62,609 nt of DNA, filler included, from Deltaproteobacteria bacterium (GCA_016283195.1; 4 parts of 4 records of this genome joined end to end with filler, not necessarily neighbours in it); one strand, 5' to 3'. Positions 20,405 to 31,940 are shown, numbered from the whole stretch's first letter. Notes: a model not told the origin generated them from the letters alone. Numbers and translations: made by a program.

Positions 20405-21223
20405 TTAGGCTAATTCTTGCCACTTATATTCTGGGATGGCGTGCACATGATTGATGGCCCCTTTGACGCCTGTGCCGTAGTGCGGGGCGGTGGCTATGGC
20501 CCGATGGACAAACTCAAGCGCTCTTTGACAAACATGGAGCAGGGGCATATTTTGCGCGATGCCGGCGGCGCAGGCCGAGGCAGTGCTACAACCGGCCCCA
20601 TGGACACAATGGGTATCTATGCGCTTATGGGTGATGGTGTGCACACCCGTCTTGGTATAGAGAATATCTGTCACTTGGTCGGCGCTTAAGTGGCCGCCTT
20701 TTAAGAGAATATTCTTGGCACCAAGTTTAAAGAGCTCCTCGGCGGCATGGCTCATATCATCGCTGTCTTTAATGACTTTGCCGGTCAAAACCTCGGCCTC
20801 TTTGATGTTGGGAGTGAGCAGAGTGGCTTTTGGTAAAAGCAGAGTGCGCACAGCGTCAATGGCATCGTCATCAAGCACTTTTACACCCGGTTTACACACC
20901 ATAACTGGATCCAAAACCAGAGGAATATTGGGAGCATTTTCGCTAAGAACGGCGGCCACAGCTTCCACAATGGCTTTATTTTTGAGCATACCGGTTTTGA
21001 TGCAATCGGCCCCAAGATCTTCCAGCACCGTTTTGGCCTGCAGGGCCACAAAATCGGCCGGAATCTCATGTAGTCCCTTGGAACCATGGGAATTTTGGGC
21101 GGTGATGGCAGTGATGGCCGTCATGGCAAAGCCGCCGAGAGCGGTTACTGTTTTGATATCGGCCTGGAGGCCGGCGCCGCCGCCGGAATCGGAACCGGCT
21201 ATAATAAGAACTCTTCCACGCAT
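20405..21223 (-). CDS. thiD: Hydroxymethylpyrimidine/phosphomethylpyrimidine kinase
   Basis: IAGSDSGGGAGLQADIK, KTGML, DPVM, TPNIKEA and HGAGC motifs. Confidence 0.95.
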   Translation of the reverse strand: MRGRVLIIAGSDSGGGAGLQADIKTVTALGGFAMTAITAITAQNSHGSKGLHEIPADFVALQAKTVLEDLGADCIKTGMLKNKAIVEAVAAVLSENAPNIPLVLDPVMVCKPGVKVLDDDAIDAVRTLLLPKATLLTPNIKEAEVLTGKVIKDSDDMSHAAEELFKLGAKNILLKGGHLSADQVTDILYTKTGVHTITHKRIDTHCVHGAGCSTASACAAGIAQNMPLLHVCQRALEFVHRAIATAPHYGTGVKGAINHVHAIPEYKWQELA

Positions 21224-21355
21224 ACTATTATCTCCTTAAAATTAGTTAGTTACAGCTGCTAATAATCGGCAGCAAATTCACTGGCTGATCTAGCACGCTA
21301 TATAATAAAATACCAGATAAATCATACTTACTTGGTAGGAAATAGCGCTTTTATT

Positions 21356-22624
21356 CTAATTTCCCCCGCCGATGAGCCCCGGTAGCCAAAGCGAAAGGCT
21401 CGGCCAATAAGTGATAACCAAAAGCGAGATAATTAAAAGCCCTAAAAACGGCAAGGTAGTGAGGGCCAATTTGATCATCGGTTCTTTAAAGCGATAACTG
21501 GCGATAAAGAGATTCATGCCAACCGGCGGAGTGCAATAGCCGATTTGCAAGTTGGCCAAAAAGATGATGCCGAGGTGCACCGGGTCAATGCCATATTCGG
21601 CGGCCAGTGGCAGAATGAGCGGCACCACCAGCATAATAGCCGAATAAACATCCAGCATACAGCCAACCAAAAGCAAAAAGCAGTTAAGCAAAATGAGGAA
21701 GGTGATTTTATTGTGAATAAATTGTGAAGTAACCTCAAATAAGCGGCTCGGCACATCCTGGTCGATGAGCACATTGGAAAAAGCATAACTCGCGCCCATA
21801 ATAATGAGGATAGCGCCTACCATAGTCATGGCTTTAACCGTTACTTGTCCCAGCTTTTTGAAGGAAATATCGCGGTAAACAAAAACTTCTATTATGAGGC
21901 AGTAGCAGGCGGTGATAGCTGCTGCTTCGGAGACGGCAAGGAGGCCGGAGAAAATACCGCCCAGCACCACAAAAGGCAGCGGAAATTCAAAGATAATCCC
22001 CAAAAAGGCATCTTTTAGCTCTTTCCAGGAAAAGGGCACTTTTTCCTGCTTGATTTTAGTGCCTTGGTAAATGCTGTAAGTGCCCAGTACAATGAGCATT
22101 AAGAAACCAGGCAAAATCCCGGCGGCAAAAATATCGCTCACGCCCACATCGGCGGCGATGGCATAGAGAATAAGGGGCAGGGCCGGCGGGAAGAGAAGAC
22201 CCAGGCTACCAGAGGTGGTGACAAGACCTAAAGAGAATGATTCCGGATAGTTATCTTTTCTAAGAGCCGGGTATAAAAGGCCGCCCATGGCCACAATGGT
22301 GACGCCGGAAGCGCCGGTTAAAGCGGTAAAAATAGAGCAGACTACAATAGTGACAATGGCCATGCCGCCAGGGAGCCAGCCGAGAGATGCTCTGATGAGG
22401 CGCACCAAACGCTGCGGAGTTTTGGACTCACTCAAAAGGTAGCCGGCAAAAGTAAAGAGCGGTATGGAAATAAGTACATTATTTTGCGATAAGCGGGCTA
22501 TCTCCCCGGCAGCCAGCGAAATTTCCATGCCGCCGCTGTGGTAGCCAAAAATAGCGCCGCCGGAAAGAGCAATGAAGAGCGGAATACCGATTAAAATAGC
22601 CACTAAAGCTAAAATGATACTCAT
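21356..22624 (-). CDS. TRAP transporter large permease (DctM)
   Basis: IPLFTFAG, GSLGLLFPP, GIDPVHLG and TPPVGMNLF motifs. Confidence 0.93.
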   Translation of the reverse strand: MSIILALVAILIGIPLFIALSGGAIFGYHSGGMEISLAAGEIARLSQNNVLISIPLFTFAGYLLSESKTPQRLVRLIRASLGWLPGGMAIVTIVVCSIFTALTGASGVTIVAMGGLLYPALRKDNYPESFSLGLVTTSGSLGLLFPPALPLILYAIAADVGVSDIFAAGILPGFLMLIVLGTYSIYQGTKIKQEKVPFSWKELKDAFLGIIFEFPLPFVVLGGIFSGLLAVSEAAAITACYCLIIEVFVYRDISFKKLGQVTVKAMTMVGAILIIMGASYAFSNVLIDQDVPSRLFEVTSQFIHNKITFLILLNCFLLLVGCMLDVYSAIMLVVPLILPLAAEYGIDPVHLGIIFLANLQIGYCTPPVGMNLFIASYRFKEPMIKLALTTLPFLGLLIISLLVITYWPSLSLWLPGLIGGGN

Positions 22625-23154
22625 ACGGCGGCTCCTTCCTCTTTAGCAGCCGGTATAAGCTCCGGACGTAAGAAGCAGCGCAAATGGCGGGCGCAGTAGA
22701 TCAAAAAGCGCAAAGTAATAACGACAAAGCAGTAAGGCATAATAATAATGGCCTCGGCTGTGGTGATGCCAGCAAAAGCCATTTGCTGCATTTCTACCTC
22801 ATTTTGGTAATTTTGCCATGAGGAGATGATGAGCAGGACGGCAATGGCCGCCGAGAGTAAATCAATAATGGCGCGGAAGAGGTAAAGCCCCCGGCCTTTG
22901 AGCAAGAGACGGGGAATATCAACGGTGATGTGTTGATACTCCCGGGCGGCAATGGCCGCGCCAATCATGGCTATCCAGAGGACACTGTAGCGCATAAAGC
23001 CATCGGCCCAGGCCAGGCCGTTGATGTGTAGCCAGCGGAAGAGAATCTGGCTAAAAGAAATAATGACTACGCTGGTCATGAAAACGGCAATGAGCACATC
23101 TTCCACTCGCCCGTAAATCCAGCGTAATTTAGCTAGAATTTTTAAGAATTTCAT
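22621..23154 (-). CDS. TRAP transporter small permease (DctQ)
   Basis: Four TM helices; W..MIGAAIA...HITVD motif. Confidence 0.9.
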   Translation of the reverse strand: MKFLKILAKLRWIYGRVEDVLIAVFMTSVVIISFSQILFRWLHINGLAWADGFMRYSVLWIAMIGAAIAAREYQHITVDIPRLLLKGRGLYLFRAIIDLLSAAIAVLLIISSWQNYQNEVEMQQMAFAGITTAEAIIIMPYCFVVITLRFLIYCARHLRCFLRPELIPAAKEEGAAV

Positions 23155-23175
23155 AGTGGAAAGTCCTAAAGAAGA

Positions 23176-24204
23176 TTATTTGGCAGCTCCGGCTTTTTCG
23201 GCCCGCACTTTGGCGATGATAGAACGAATTTCACTTAAAAGCTCATCATTAAAGCGGCTTTTTTCGTTGATTTTTTGAATGGCGATATCGGCTTGCCGAC
23301 GGAATTCCTTGGCATTGGCGTCGCTGAGCTTTTCCAAACTAATGCCTTGTTTTATTAGCGTTTTTAAAGCATCGGTGGCATCGTTGCGGTTGGCCTGATC
23401 GACTTTGCGCATGTGCTTATTTAATACTTCCATAATAATGGCTTGATCTTCCGGCGAGACGCGGTCCAGCGATTTTTGCGAAAGGGCCACGGTGCCGTAA
23501 ATATAAAGCAGCGGGAAGTCTAAAATATGTGATACTTTGGTCCACCATTGCAAAACGAGAGCGCCTACAGAGCTGGTGAAGACGGTATCCAAAAGGCCTG
23601 TTTGCAAAGCAGTTAAAACATCGGTCAGCGGCAGGGCAACAGGCGGCACACCTAGAGATTCCATGGTGATTTGGCTAACCGGGTCGCCTTGAGGAATCCA
23701 GATTTTGCGCCCTTTGAGCTGGCTGAGCTCGGTCACTTTGGCATTGCTCATCATGTAAGCAAAGCCGGAATCCACCAGAATGGAGCACTGGTAGCCATAC
23801 TCTTTACAGCCGTTTAAGAGCTTGGGCTCAATAGCGGCTCGCACGGCATCTACTTCGTCATAGTTAGAGAGGAGCATGGGCAGGCTCATAATCTGAAAAT
23901 CGTTGTAAATAGCGCTCATGTCACCGGCGGTAAAAGAGGCGCCGTGGAGCTGGCCGGCTTTGATTTTACGCTGCACAACAATATTATTCCCCATGACCCC
24001 GCCGGGATAAACTTTAAAAGTGGCCCGGCCCTGAGTCTTTTCAAAAACCTCTTTGCCGGCGGCTTTTATTGTTTCGTTCAGTAAACTGCCGTCTGGCGTA
24101 AGTACAGAAATTTTAAAGACAACGGGCGCTGCCGCAGCTTCGCTTGGTGCTGCAAGAATAGTAGCTAGTGCAAGTAATGAGACAGTTAATAAACGCTTAT
24201 ACAT
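23176..24204 (-). CDS. TRAP substrate-binding protein (DctP/TatP-like)
   Basis: Signal peptide; YPGGVMG, LKGRKIW and DVLTALQTGLLD motifs. Confidence 0.9.
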   Translation of the reverse strand: MYKRLLTVSLLALATILAAPSEAAAAPVVFKISVLTPDGSLLNETIKAAGKEVFEKTQGRATFKVYPGGVMGNNIVVQRKIKAGQLHGASFTAGDMSAIYNDFQIMSLPMLLSNYDEVDAVRAAIEPKLLNGCKEYGYQCSILVDSGFAYMMSNAKVTELSQLKGRKIWIPQGDPVSQITMESLGVPPVALPLTDVLTALQTGLLDTVFTSSVGALVLQWWTKVSHILDFPLLYIYGTVALSQKSLDRVSPEDQAIIMEVLNKHMRKVDQANRNDATDALKTLIKQGISLEKLSDANAKEFRRQADIAIQKINEKSRFNDELLSEIRSIIAKVRAEKAGAAK

Positions 24205-24213
24205 TGTTTACTC

Positions 24214-25095
24214 CTATTCAAAATATTCCGCTGATTCATCCAAAAGTTTTTTGGCATCAGCTTTGGCCATAGTGTTCATAAGAGTGAGCGAGGGCTCGAT
24301 ATCTGCCGGCGTATCAAGGACATATTTTAGTAATTTATCATGCATTTCCTGATCAAATTTGGGCCGGGCATAGCGTTTGGCATAGCTGACATAAACGCCC
24401 AAATCGTGACCTTTGGATATGGCAATGGCTTTTTCAAAATGCATTTTGGCTTTCTCCGGCTGGCCGCCCAAGGACTCAGGTACGAGAGAATAGAGCAGAG
24501 CCATTACTTGGTGAGGCATACCACCGCCGTAAGTTTCGTCAAGCTCTAAAAAGCGGTGAGCCAAAAGATCCAGCTTGGGCAAATCGGCGTAATTGTCGCT
24601 GTCTTCCATGTGGGTTTCAATATAAAAAGCCCAGGCCATGATTAGCGTTCCCAAGTATGATTGTTGTTCTTTGGTAATAGTGGCGGCGATAGGCTCAAAG
24701 CCGGCAAAGGATTTCTTGCCATTTTCTTTAAAAGAGGGATTAACCAGCGCCATAGCGGCAAAAGCATATTTTTTAGCCTTTTGGCCCATGGCTTTGGCCC
24801 GCGGAGTGTTCATATCCTCAAAAAAGCCGGATCCAAAAGCGGAGTAGAGCTGGGCACCGGCGGCCAAAAGTTGCGGATTATCGGAATTGCTGTCAATAAG
24901 GCCATCCAAAATCAATAGATAAGAGGGCATGGCTTCACGTACCAGATCGGGATCGTCCTGCTTCATAACCGAATCGACAAAGCCGGAGAGCATATTGCCG
25001 GCTTTCTTTTTGACCATGCGACTACAGCCGCTAAGGCCGATGGAAAGTGCTAAGAGTAACCCGATCGTGCAATACTTTTTTAAACTGTTTGGCAT
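24214..25095 (-). CDS. TRAP-associated TatT lipoprotein
   Basis: Lipobox LSGC; DDPDLVREAMP and GGQPEKAKMHFEKAI motifs; located upstream of dctPQM. Confidence 0.85.
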   Translation of the reverse strand: MPNSLKKYCTIGLLLALSIGLSGCSRMVKKKAGNMLSGFVDSVMKQDDPDLVREAMPSYLLILDGLIDSNSDNPQLLAAGAQLYSAFGSGFFEDMNTPRAKAMGQKAKKYAFAAMALVNPSFKENGKKSFAGFEPIAATITKEQQSYLGTLIMAWAFYIETHMEDSDNYADLPKLDLLAHRFLELDETYGGGMPHQVMALLYSLVPESLGGQPEKAKMHFEKAIAISKGHDLGVYVSYAKRYARPKFDQEMHDKLLKYVLDTPADIEPSLTLMNTMAKADAKKLLDESAEYFE

Positions 25096-25141
25096 TCGTT
25101 CCTCCTCAAACACCGCATCTATGCTACTAAATAAAGCCGTT

Positions 25142-25948
25142 TCATGGCAAGAGTGGGATTACATAGCCGGTATCCATCCACAAAATTTCCCGCTCACGCG
25201 TCACTATTTGGCAACTTAACTGGTATAATGTGCGGTGAAAAGATGTGGGATCCAGTTTGTTGGCTTTTAAAGAGCAAGCTAAAAATGCTGTCTCTTCATC
25301 CGGCTCTTCCATAAGGGTAAAACCATAGGCGCCTATTACTTCTTTTAGGTACTCTGTACCGGCTGAAGTAGTTACACCAAAACCAGTATTATCAATAATA
25401 TCAAATACTTTTAATTTCATAGGCGCCGGAGGTATCCGCAAAGTGCCGTGGGCTAAAAGCTTTAAACCTTCGTCGGTTATCATGCCGCTGGGCATGGAAG
25501 GGAAAATGGCATGCGAGACAACAGTGATGATGTTGCTCCGGCTGATGGCATTTACCTGGCAGGGTAATTCTTTGGGCCAGGTGAGGCGTACGGCAGTGCG
25601 CTTTTCTTTAAGAGTGACGTAATTATCAATATCAATCTGCCCGAGGCAGCTTTCTATTTTGGCTATTTGGGCAGCCGGCATGGCATTGACACTGGCTGCC
25701 AACTCCTCGCTTGTGCCGTCAAACCCGGCGATATTACTGGTAAAAACACCAAGAGTGAGTTCTTGCGCAGTGGCACTTAGGGCAGCTTCGCCTTGGCCCA
25801 TGAGCCATATAAGTTCGCCGGAGCCATAATTTAAAAGTGAGCTTTGGGCGCGGCTGTACCACAGCGGAGCGCGCCCGCCGGAGCTGCAGGCAGTGAAAAA
25901 TAGGCCGAGTAGGCTACTGTAAAATATGAACTGTTTTAGCGCTGACAC
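25142..25948 (-). CDS. Hypothetical lipoprotein
   Basis: Lipobox FTAC; long ORF upstream of the TRAP operon. Confidence 0.6.
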   Translation of the reverse strand: MSALKQFIFYSSLLGLFFTACSSGGRAPLWYSRAQSSLLNYGSGELIWLMGQGEAALSATAQELTLGVFTSNIAGFDGTSEELAASVNAMPAAQIAKIESCLGQIDIDNYVTLKEKRTAVRLTWPKELPCQVNAISRSNIITVVSHAIFPSMPSGMITDEGLKLLAHGTLRIPPAPMKLKVFDIIDNTGFGVTTSAGTEYLKEVIGAYGFTLMEEPDEETAFLACSLKANKLDPTSFHRTLYQLSCQIVTREREILWMDTGYVIPLLP

Positions 25949-26057
25949 CTTATTTATGCTCCCAGAATTTGCTCCCTTCCGGCAGTCGTGATAACCTAGG
26001 TTACAGTAGTTTCTTTGCCTCTTGTTGGCAACAGGCTAATTTTTACAGAGTGTTAAT

Positions 26058-27212
26058 ATGAAGAGAGAACAGCATTTTTTGAAAAGAGCACAGGATTTTC
26101 AGCTGACGCTAACTCGTTCTATGCTGGAAACGCTGGAACTAAATCGCACACTTTATGTTATTTTATCGGGGGTTACCGCTGGCGACGGGCTTGATTTTAA
26201 TCGGGCTTTTCTGCTGCTTGATGACGGTGGGGCGCGTCTTTTGCGCGGTGAAATGGCCATTGGACCCAGCTCGGCCGAGGAGGCTCACCGCATTTGGACC
26301 GAGATGGAATTACAGCGCTTTAACCTGCATGTATTGATGGAGCGCTATGATTTGGCCGACCACAATAACCATGAGCTCACCAGAAAATTGCGCAATTTTA
26401 CTATGCCGTTGCCGCTAAAGAGCGATCAGAGCGATCCGCTGGATGCCAAAATTGTGCAGGTGATGATGCAGGGGCGTTCGGAACTATTAAATGATACGCC
26501 TATGAAGCTCTCCGGCACCGATATTGAGCTTTTGAATTTTGCCATGGTGCCGCTTTTGATAGGGGAGCACGCCATTGGCCTCATTATTGTGGATAATGCC
26601 TATAATAAACGGCTTATTCAGCCGCAGGAGCTTGATGATTTAAAATCTCTGGCTAATTTGGCGGCCATTGCCGTTGAGCGTGCGCGTATGCATGAGCGTT
26701 TGGAGCGCATGGCTACTATCGACGGCCTTACCGGCCTTATGAATCGCCGCTATTTTGATGAAGCTTATCAAAAGTGTTTTTTAAAGGCCCGTTATCACCA
26801 TGAGCCGCTAAGCCTGGCTATTATTGATTTGGACCATTTTAAGGCGGTAAATGACCATTATGGCCATTTGGCGGGTGATGATTTTTTGCGCGAGACGGCA
26901 AATATTATACTTTCTAGGGTGCGTCATGACGATATCGCTGCCCGTTTCGGCGGTGATGAACTTGTTTTGGTGCTGCCACTTGCCAAGCTCAAAGATGCCG
27001 AAAAACTGGCCAAAGATTTGCAGGAAAAAATCAGAAACAGCGCTTTATCGAGAAATCTTAATATGCCGCTCACCGTCAGTATAGGAATTGCTGCTTTGAG
27101 CGAAAAATGTCGCAATCATCTGGACCTTATCGAGCAGGCCGATCAAGCGCTCTACCAGGCCAAAATTCAGGGGCGCGACCGCGTTGTCGCGTATGAGGAA
27201 AAGGCCAAATAA
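26058..27212 (+). CDS. GAF + GGDEF diguanylate cyclase
   Basis: DGLTGLMNRR, DLDHFKAVNDHYGH, an RxxD I-site and an RFGGDEL motif. Confidence 0.92.
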   Translation: MKREQHFLKRAQDFQLTLTRSMLETLELNRTLYVILSGVTAGDGLDFNRAFLLLDDGGARLLRGEMAIGPSSAEEAHRIWTEMELQRFNLHVLMERYDLADHNNHELTRKLRNFTMPLPLKSDQSDPLDAKIVQVMMQGRSELLNDTPMKLSGTDIELLNFAMVPLLIGEHAIGLIIVDNAYNKRLIQPQELDDLKSLANLAAIAVERARMHERLERMATIDGLTGLMNRRYFDEAYQKCFLKARYHHEPLSLAIIDLDHFKAVNDHYGHLAGDDFLRETANIILSRVRHDDIAARFGGDELVLVLPLAKLKDAEKLAKDLQEKIRNSALSRNLNMPLTVSIGIAALSEKCRNHLDLIEQADQALYQAKIQGRDRVVAYEEKAK

Positions 27213-27808
27213 TGGATAAAAATCTAGCGGAAATTCTTAATTTTTCTTTTGAGCTTGATAAGCTTAAACAAATAAAAAGACAAAATATAACCAGTGGGGA
27301 ACTGAGGCCGGAAACTACAGCTGAGCATTCTTGGCATTTGGCAATGCTAGTGCCGCTTTTGGCTCCTTATGCCAAAGAGCCGGTTGATGAATATGCGGCT
27401 ATGATTATGGCCAGTATTCATGATGTGGTGGAAATTGAAGCTGGTGATACCTATGCCTATGACGCGGCCGGCCATCTTGGCAAGTTTGAGCGTGAAGAGC
27501 AGGCGGCTGCCAAAACTTTTGGCCTTTTACCAAAAGATTTAAACGAAAAATTTTCCCAAAGCTGGCACGAATTTGAGGCGGGGCAGACGCCGGAAGCCCG
27601 TTTTGTGCGGGCTCTTGACCGCCTGCAGCCGCTAATGTTGCACCGCCTGACGGATTTTGCTGTTTGGCGGCAAAAAAAAGTGCGCCTTAGCCAGGTGTTG
27701 GCACGGGTGAGCGAGGTAAAAGAAAATATGCCGGCGCTCTGGCCATTTATTGAGGAAACACTTGATATTGCATGTAAAAAAGGAGCAATGATTGCCGATG
27801 TAACATGA
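27212..27808 (+). CDS. HD-domain phosphohydrolase
   Basis: ETTAEHSWHLA, HDVVEI.AGD and LDRLQP motifs. Confidence 0.9.
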   Translation: MDKNLAEILNFSFELDKLKQIKRQNITSGELRPETTAEHSWHLAMLVPLLAPYAKEPVDEYAAMIMASIHDVVEIEAGDTYAYDAAGHLGKFEREEQAAAKTFGLLPKDLNEKFSQSWHEFEAGQTPEARFVRALDRLQPLMLHRLTDFAVWRQKKVRLSQVLARVSEVKENMPALWPFIEETLDIACKKGAMIADVT

Positions 27809-27887
27809 AAAATCGGCAGAATCATTGACAGAATTTGAATCGCTGTTAGAGTCTTTTCAGCTTACTTTTTTAGGAGAGAGGCGGAAT

Positions 27888-30800
27888 ATGAGTGATTTAG
27901 GTGACATTGAACTGGATGATATGTTTGACGGATTGGAAAAGTCGGACCAACCGGCCAAGGAAGAGCCCAAAGCGGCCGCAGATGCTAAAGATGCTGCTTT
28001 GGAGCTGGAATCCGTTGAACCTATTGAGGAGCTGGAAGTGGAAGAGATAAAGCCGGCCGGTGCTGTACCTCCACCGCCATTGCAGCGGACTGCCACCGGG
28101 GCTATGCCTCCGCCTTTACAGAGAACAGCAACAGGAACTCTGCCGCCACTGCAGCGTACGGCCACCGGAGCCATGCCTCCGCCTATTATGAAAAAACGCG
28201 ATTATACCCCTGGAGGAGTGTGGAACGGGCGCACCAATTTTGATGATCTTTTTGCCCTGGATTCTTCTCCATTGCCATCGGCGCGCGGCGGGTTGGAAGA
28301 GAAAGTAGAATTCTTCCGCGAAAAACTAAGGCGTAGTGAAGCGGTGGTGACCAGGTTTAAAGATGCCTGGGGTGTGCGTGAGGGGGAGCTTTCGGCTCTC
28401 GAAGATGTTTATAACAAAGAAAAAACTGCCCACAAAGAAGCTGACGATAAAGTGGCAAATTTAGAGCAAAAACTCCATGCTCATGAGCAGTTTATGGAGC
28501 AGAAAAAGCAGGAATTTACCGCTTATGGCAAAAAAGTGGAGCAGGCCTTTGCCAAAAAAGCCGAGCAGGAAGCCGCTTTAGAAAAGAAAATAAGCGACCT
28601 TAATACGCAAAAGGCTGAACTTTCCACCTCACTCGATGAGCTTAATAAATCAAAAGAGGCCCTTTCTGCCGAGCTTAATGAAGCTAAAGAGAGTGCTCGC
28701 CAGGAAAGCGAGAATTATGAGGCCAAAATAGCCGATATCAATGCCGCGCATGATGCCGAAATGGTTAAACTTTCGGCTACTCATGCCGAAGAAATGCAGG
28801 ATTTAAAGGTCTCTTATGCCGCCGAGGTCTCCTCTTTGCAAACCGAACTTTCCACAGTGAAAAATCAAAGCGAAGAGGATTTGGCAGCTCGTGATGCCGC
28901 TATCGAAAAACTCAAAGAAGCTGTTTCTATGCAAAAAGAGGCTATTGATGAACGCGATGGTCTTATTGGCGAGCGCGAAGCCAGCATAGGCGAATTAAAT
29001 GATGAGCTTAAGCGGGTAAAAGAAGCCCATGAGGCCGAGATTTCCGAGCTTAGCGCTGCTCATGCCGATGAGCTTAATGAATGTAAAGCCGAGGGCGTGG
29101 CGCAGGTTGGTGCTTTGCAACAGGATTTGGAGGCGGCCAAAAACCATGCGGCGGAAGAGATAGCCGTACGCGATGAAGCTATCGAAAAGCTGAAGGAAGC
29201 GGTGGCTGTTCAAAAAGAGCAACTTGGTTCGCTGGGGGCGGCCAAGGAAGAGGCCGATAGCGCTATAGCCGTACGCGATGAAGCTATAGAAAAGCTCAAA
29301 GAGGCGGTGGCTATTCAGAAGGAGCAACTTGGCGAGATTTCCGCGGCTAAAGAAGAAGCTGATAGCGCTATAGCGGTGCGCGATGAAGCTATAGAAAAGC
29401 TCAAAGAGGCGGTGGCTATCCAAAAAGAGGCCATTAATGAGCGCGATGCAAATATTGGTAATTTAAATGAAAAAATCGGCGCTATGGCCGGCGAATTACA
29501 GGCGGAAAAAGAAGCCCATGAGGCTAAAAACGCAGAAACGGCCGCCGCCCATGAAGCCGAGATCAATAATCTTAAAGCCGAGCATGAGAGCGAACTCACA
29601 GAGCTTAGTGCTGTGCATGCCGGTGAGATAAATGAGTTAAAAGCGGAAAATGAGGCCCAGGTTGGGGCTTTGCAACAGGATTTGGATGCCGCCAAAAGTC
29701 AGGCGGCCGCTGAAATAGCGGTGCGCGATGAAGCTATAGAAAAGCTGAAAGAGGCTGTGGCTGCCCAAAATGAGCAGCTTGGCGCTTTGGGTGCGGCTAA
29801 AGAAGAGGCTGATAGTGCCATAGAAGTGCGCAATGAGGCCATCGAAAAGCTGAAAGAGGCAGTGGCTCTGCAAAAAGAGCAGCTTAGCGAAATTTCCGCA
29901 GCCAAAGAAGAGGCGGATAGCGCTATAGCGGTGCGCGATGAGGCTATAGAAAAGCTCAAAGAGGCGGTGGCTATCCAAAAAGAGGCCATTAGCGAGCGCG
30001 ATGTAAATATTGGTGATTTAAACGAAAAACTAGGTGCTATGGCCGGTGAATTGCAAGCTGCTAAAGATGCCCATGAAGCTAAGAGTGCGGAGGTGGCTGC
30101 AGCCCATGAAGCTGAGATTAATAATCTTAAAGCCGAGCATGAGAGTGAGCTCACGGAGCTTAGTGCTGCTCATGCAACCGAGCTTAATGAGCTAAAAGCA
30201 GAGAGCGAAGCCCAGGTTACTGCCCTGCAGCAAGATTTAGAAGGTGCTAAGAGCCGGGCGACCGAAGAAATAGCGGTGCGCGATGAAGCTATCGAAAAGC
30301 TGAAAGAGGCAGTATCTACTCAAAAAGAGCAAATAGATGAGCTGAATGCCGCTAAAGAAGAGGCGGATAGCGCTATAAGTGTGCGCGATGAAGCTATCGA
30401 AAAGCTGAAAGAGGCAATATCCAACCAAAAGGAGGCCCATGAGGCGGAGATTTCCGAGCTGAATGAGGCTCATGCCGGCGAGCTTAATGAATGTAAAGCC
30501 CAAAATGAAGCTGAAGTTTCGGCTCTACGCCAAGAAATGGAAGCTCTTAAAAGCCAGGCCGCCGATGATGTGGCTGTGCGCGATGAGGCTATTAATAAGC
30601 TGAGAGAAGCCGTTGATATGCAAAAAGAGGCTCTGCTTGAGCGTGAAAGCAGCATCAATGAGCTGAATGAGAAAATGCTGGCAGCCCAATCCGCTTATGA
30701 AAAAGAAATGAATGAGCGGGTGCAGCAACATGAAGAAAAACTAAACGAAATGAGTGCCGATTTTGAGGCCAAAATGGCGGAGCTCGGCCAAGAACACGAA

Positions 30801-31402
30801 GCCAAGGTTGGTAGGCTGAAAGATGCTCATGCTGCCGAAGTAGAGCGCTGGCAAAATGATATGGCGGCCATGAAAGAGCAGAAAGAGGCCGATATTTCTA
30901 TTCGTGATGAGGCTATAGAAAAATTGCGTGAGGCTGTGGCTATGCAAAAAGAGGCCATTAGTGAACGCGATAGCAATATTGAGGAGCTTTCTGCAGCCAA
31001 AGAGGCAGCGGACAGCACTATAGCCGAACGCGATGAAGCGATAAGCAAATTGCAAGAAGCTATTAGTGAGCGCGATAGCAATATTGAGGAACTCTCTGCC
31101 GCCAAAGAAGATGCCGATAGTGCCATAGCTGTGCGCGATGAAGCCATTGGCAAGCTGAAAGAGGCAATAACTGCGCAGGAAGAGCAGTTTAATGAACTCT
31201 CTGCCAGTAAAGAAGAGCTGGAAAGTGCTCTTGAAGTGCGCGATGAAGCCATCGGCAAGCTGAAAGAGGCTCTAACTTCGCAGCAAGAGCAAATGGATGA
31301 GCTAAATGCGGCTAAAGAAGAGGCCGATAGCGCCATAGCTGTGCGCGATGAAGCCATCGGCAAGCTGAAAGAGGCTCTAACTTCGCAGCAAGAGCAAATG
31401 GA
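27888..31402 (+). CDS. Very long repetitive coiled-coil protein, cut by the gap
   Basis: Acidic and Pro-rich N-terminus with three PPLQRTATG repeats, then many AIAVRDEAIEKLKEA units, often with a 28-aa period. Confidence 0.85.
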
Positions 31403-31502
31403 NNNNNNNNNNNNNNNNNNNNNNNNNNNNNNNNNNNNNNNNNNNNTTAATTAATTAANNNNNNNNNNNNNNNNNNNNNNNNNNNNNNNNNNNNNNNNNN
31501 NN
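31403..31502. other. Artificial contig linker
   Basis: N run with a central TTAATTAATTAA. Confidence 0.98.
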
Positions 31503-31504
31503 AA

Positions 31505-31798
31505 GAAGGTCCCACGGGCGGGTCGATAAGCGTCGGCTTTTATAGCGACCACCTCACCACTAAAGAAGAGTTCGTGGCTATTCGGGAGAAAATCATCGAC
31601 ACGCTGGAAGCCAAAGGGGGCAAATTTAGCCACGCTATGAGCGGAGCGGAAATGAGCGCCGCCCAGCTCAAAGAAAAGGCCATCGGTTCCTATATTGTGG
31701 AAAATAATGGGAAAAAATATATGGTTATGGTTAATTCCGATTCAGAATTCGGCGAATTTGGTGGCAGCTACGGCCTGCGCCTTATGCTAAAAAAGTAA
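31505..31798 (+). CDS. Hypothetical protein, C-terminal fragment
   Basis: Open frame from the contig edge to the TAA ending at 31798. Confidence 0.5.
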   Translation, partial: EGPTGGSISVGFYSDHLTTKEEFVAIREKIIDTLEAKGGKFSHAMSGAEMSAAQLKEKAIGSYIVENNGKKYMVMVNSDSEFGEFGGSYGLRLMLKK

Positions 31799-31850
31799 AT
31801 TCCAGAAATATATCAGCTAGGTAGAAAGACTCTTCCGCCCAAGCGACGAA

Positions 31851-31940
31851 ATGCCAAGTGGAATCTGTGATATCACCGACCGCCGCATCTCCAGTAAGGG
31901 CTGTAGCTACTACGGCTTCCGCTGCGTCTTTGATAAATAA
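31851..31940 (+). pseudogene. Remnant resembling an FGE-sulfatase/C-type-lectin-fold C-terminus
   Basis: Encodes MPSGICDITDRRISSKGCSYYGFRCVFDK*, with a terminal GFRC motif. Confidence 0.4.

Noticed and set aside
28860-31402. Periodic DNA repeats as a CRISPR array
   Set aside because: They are in-frame coding repeats with synonymous variation, no unique spacers and no cas genes.
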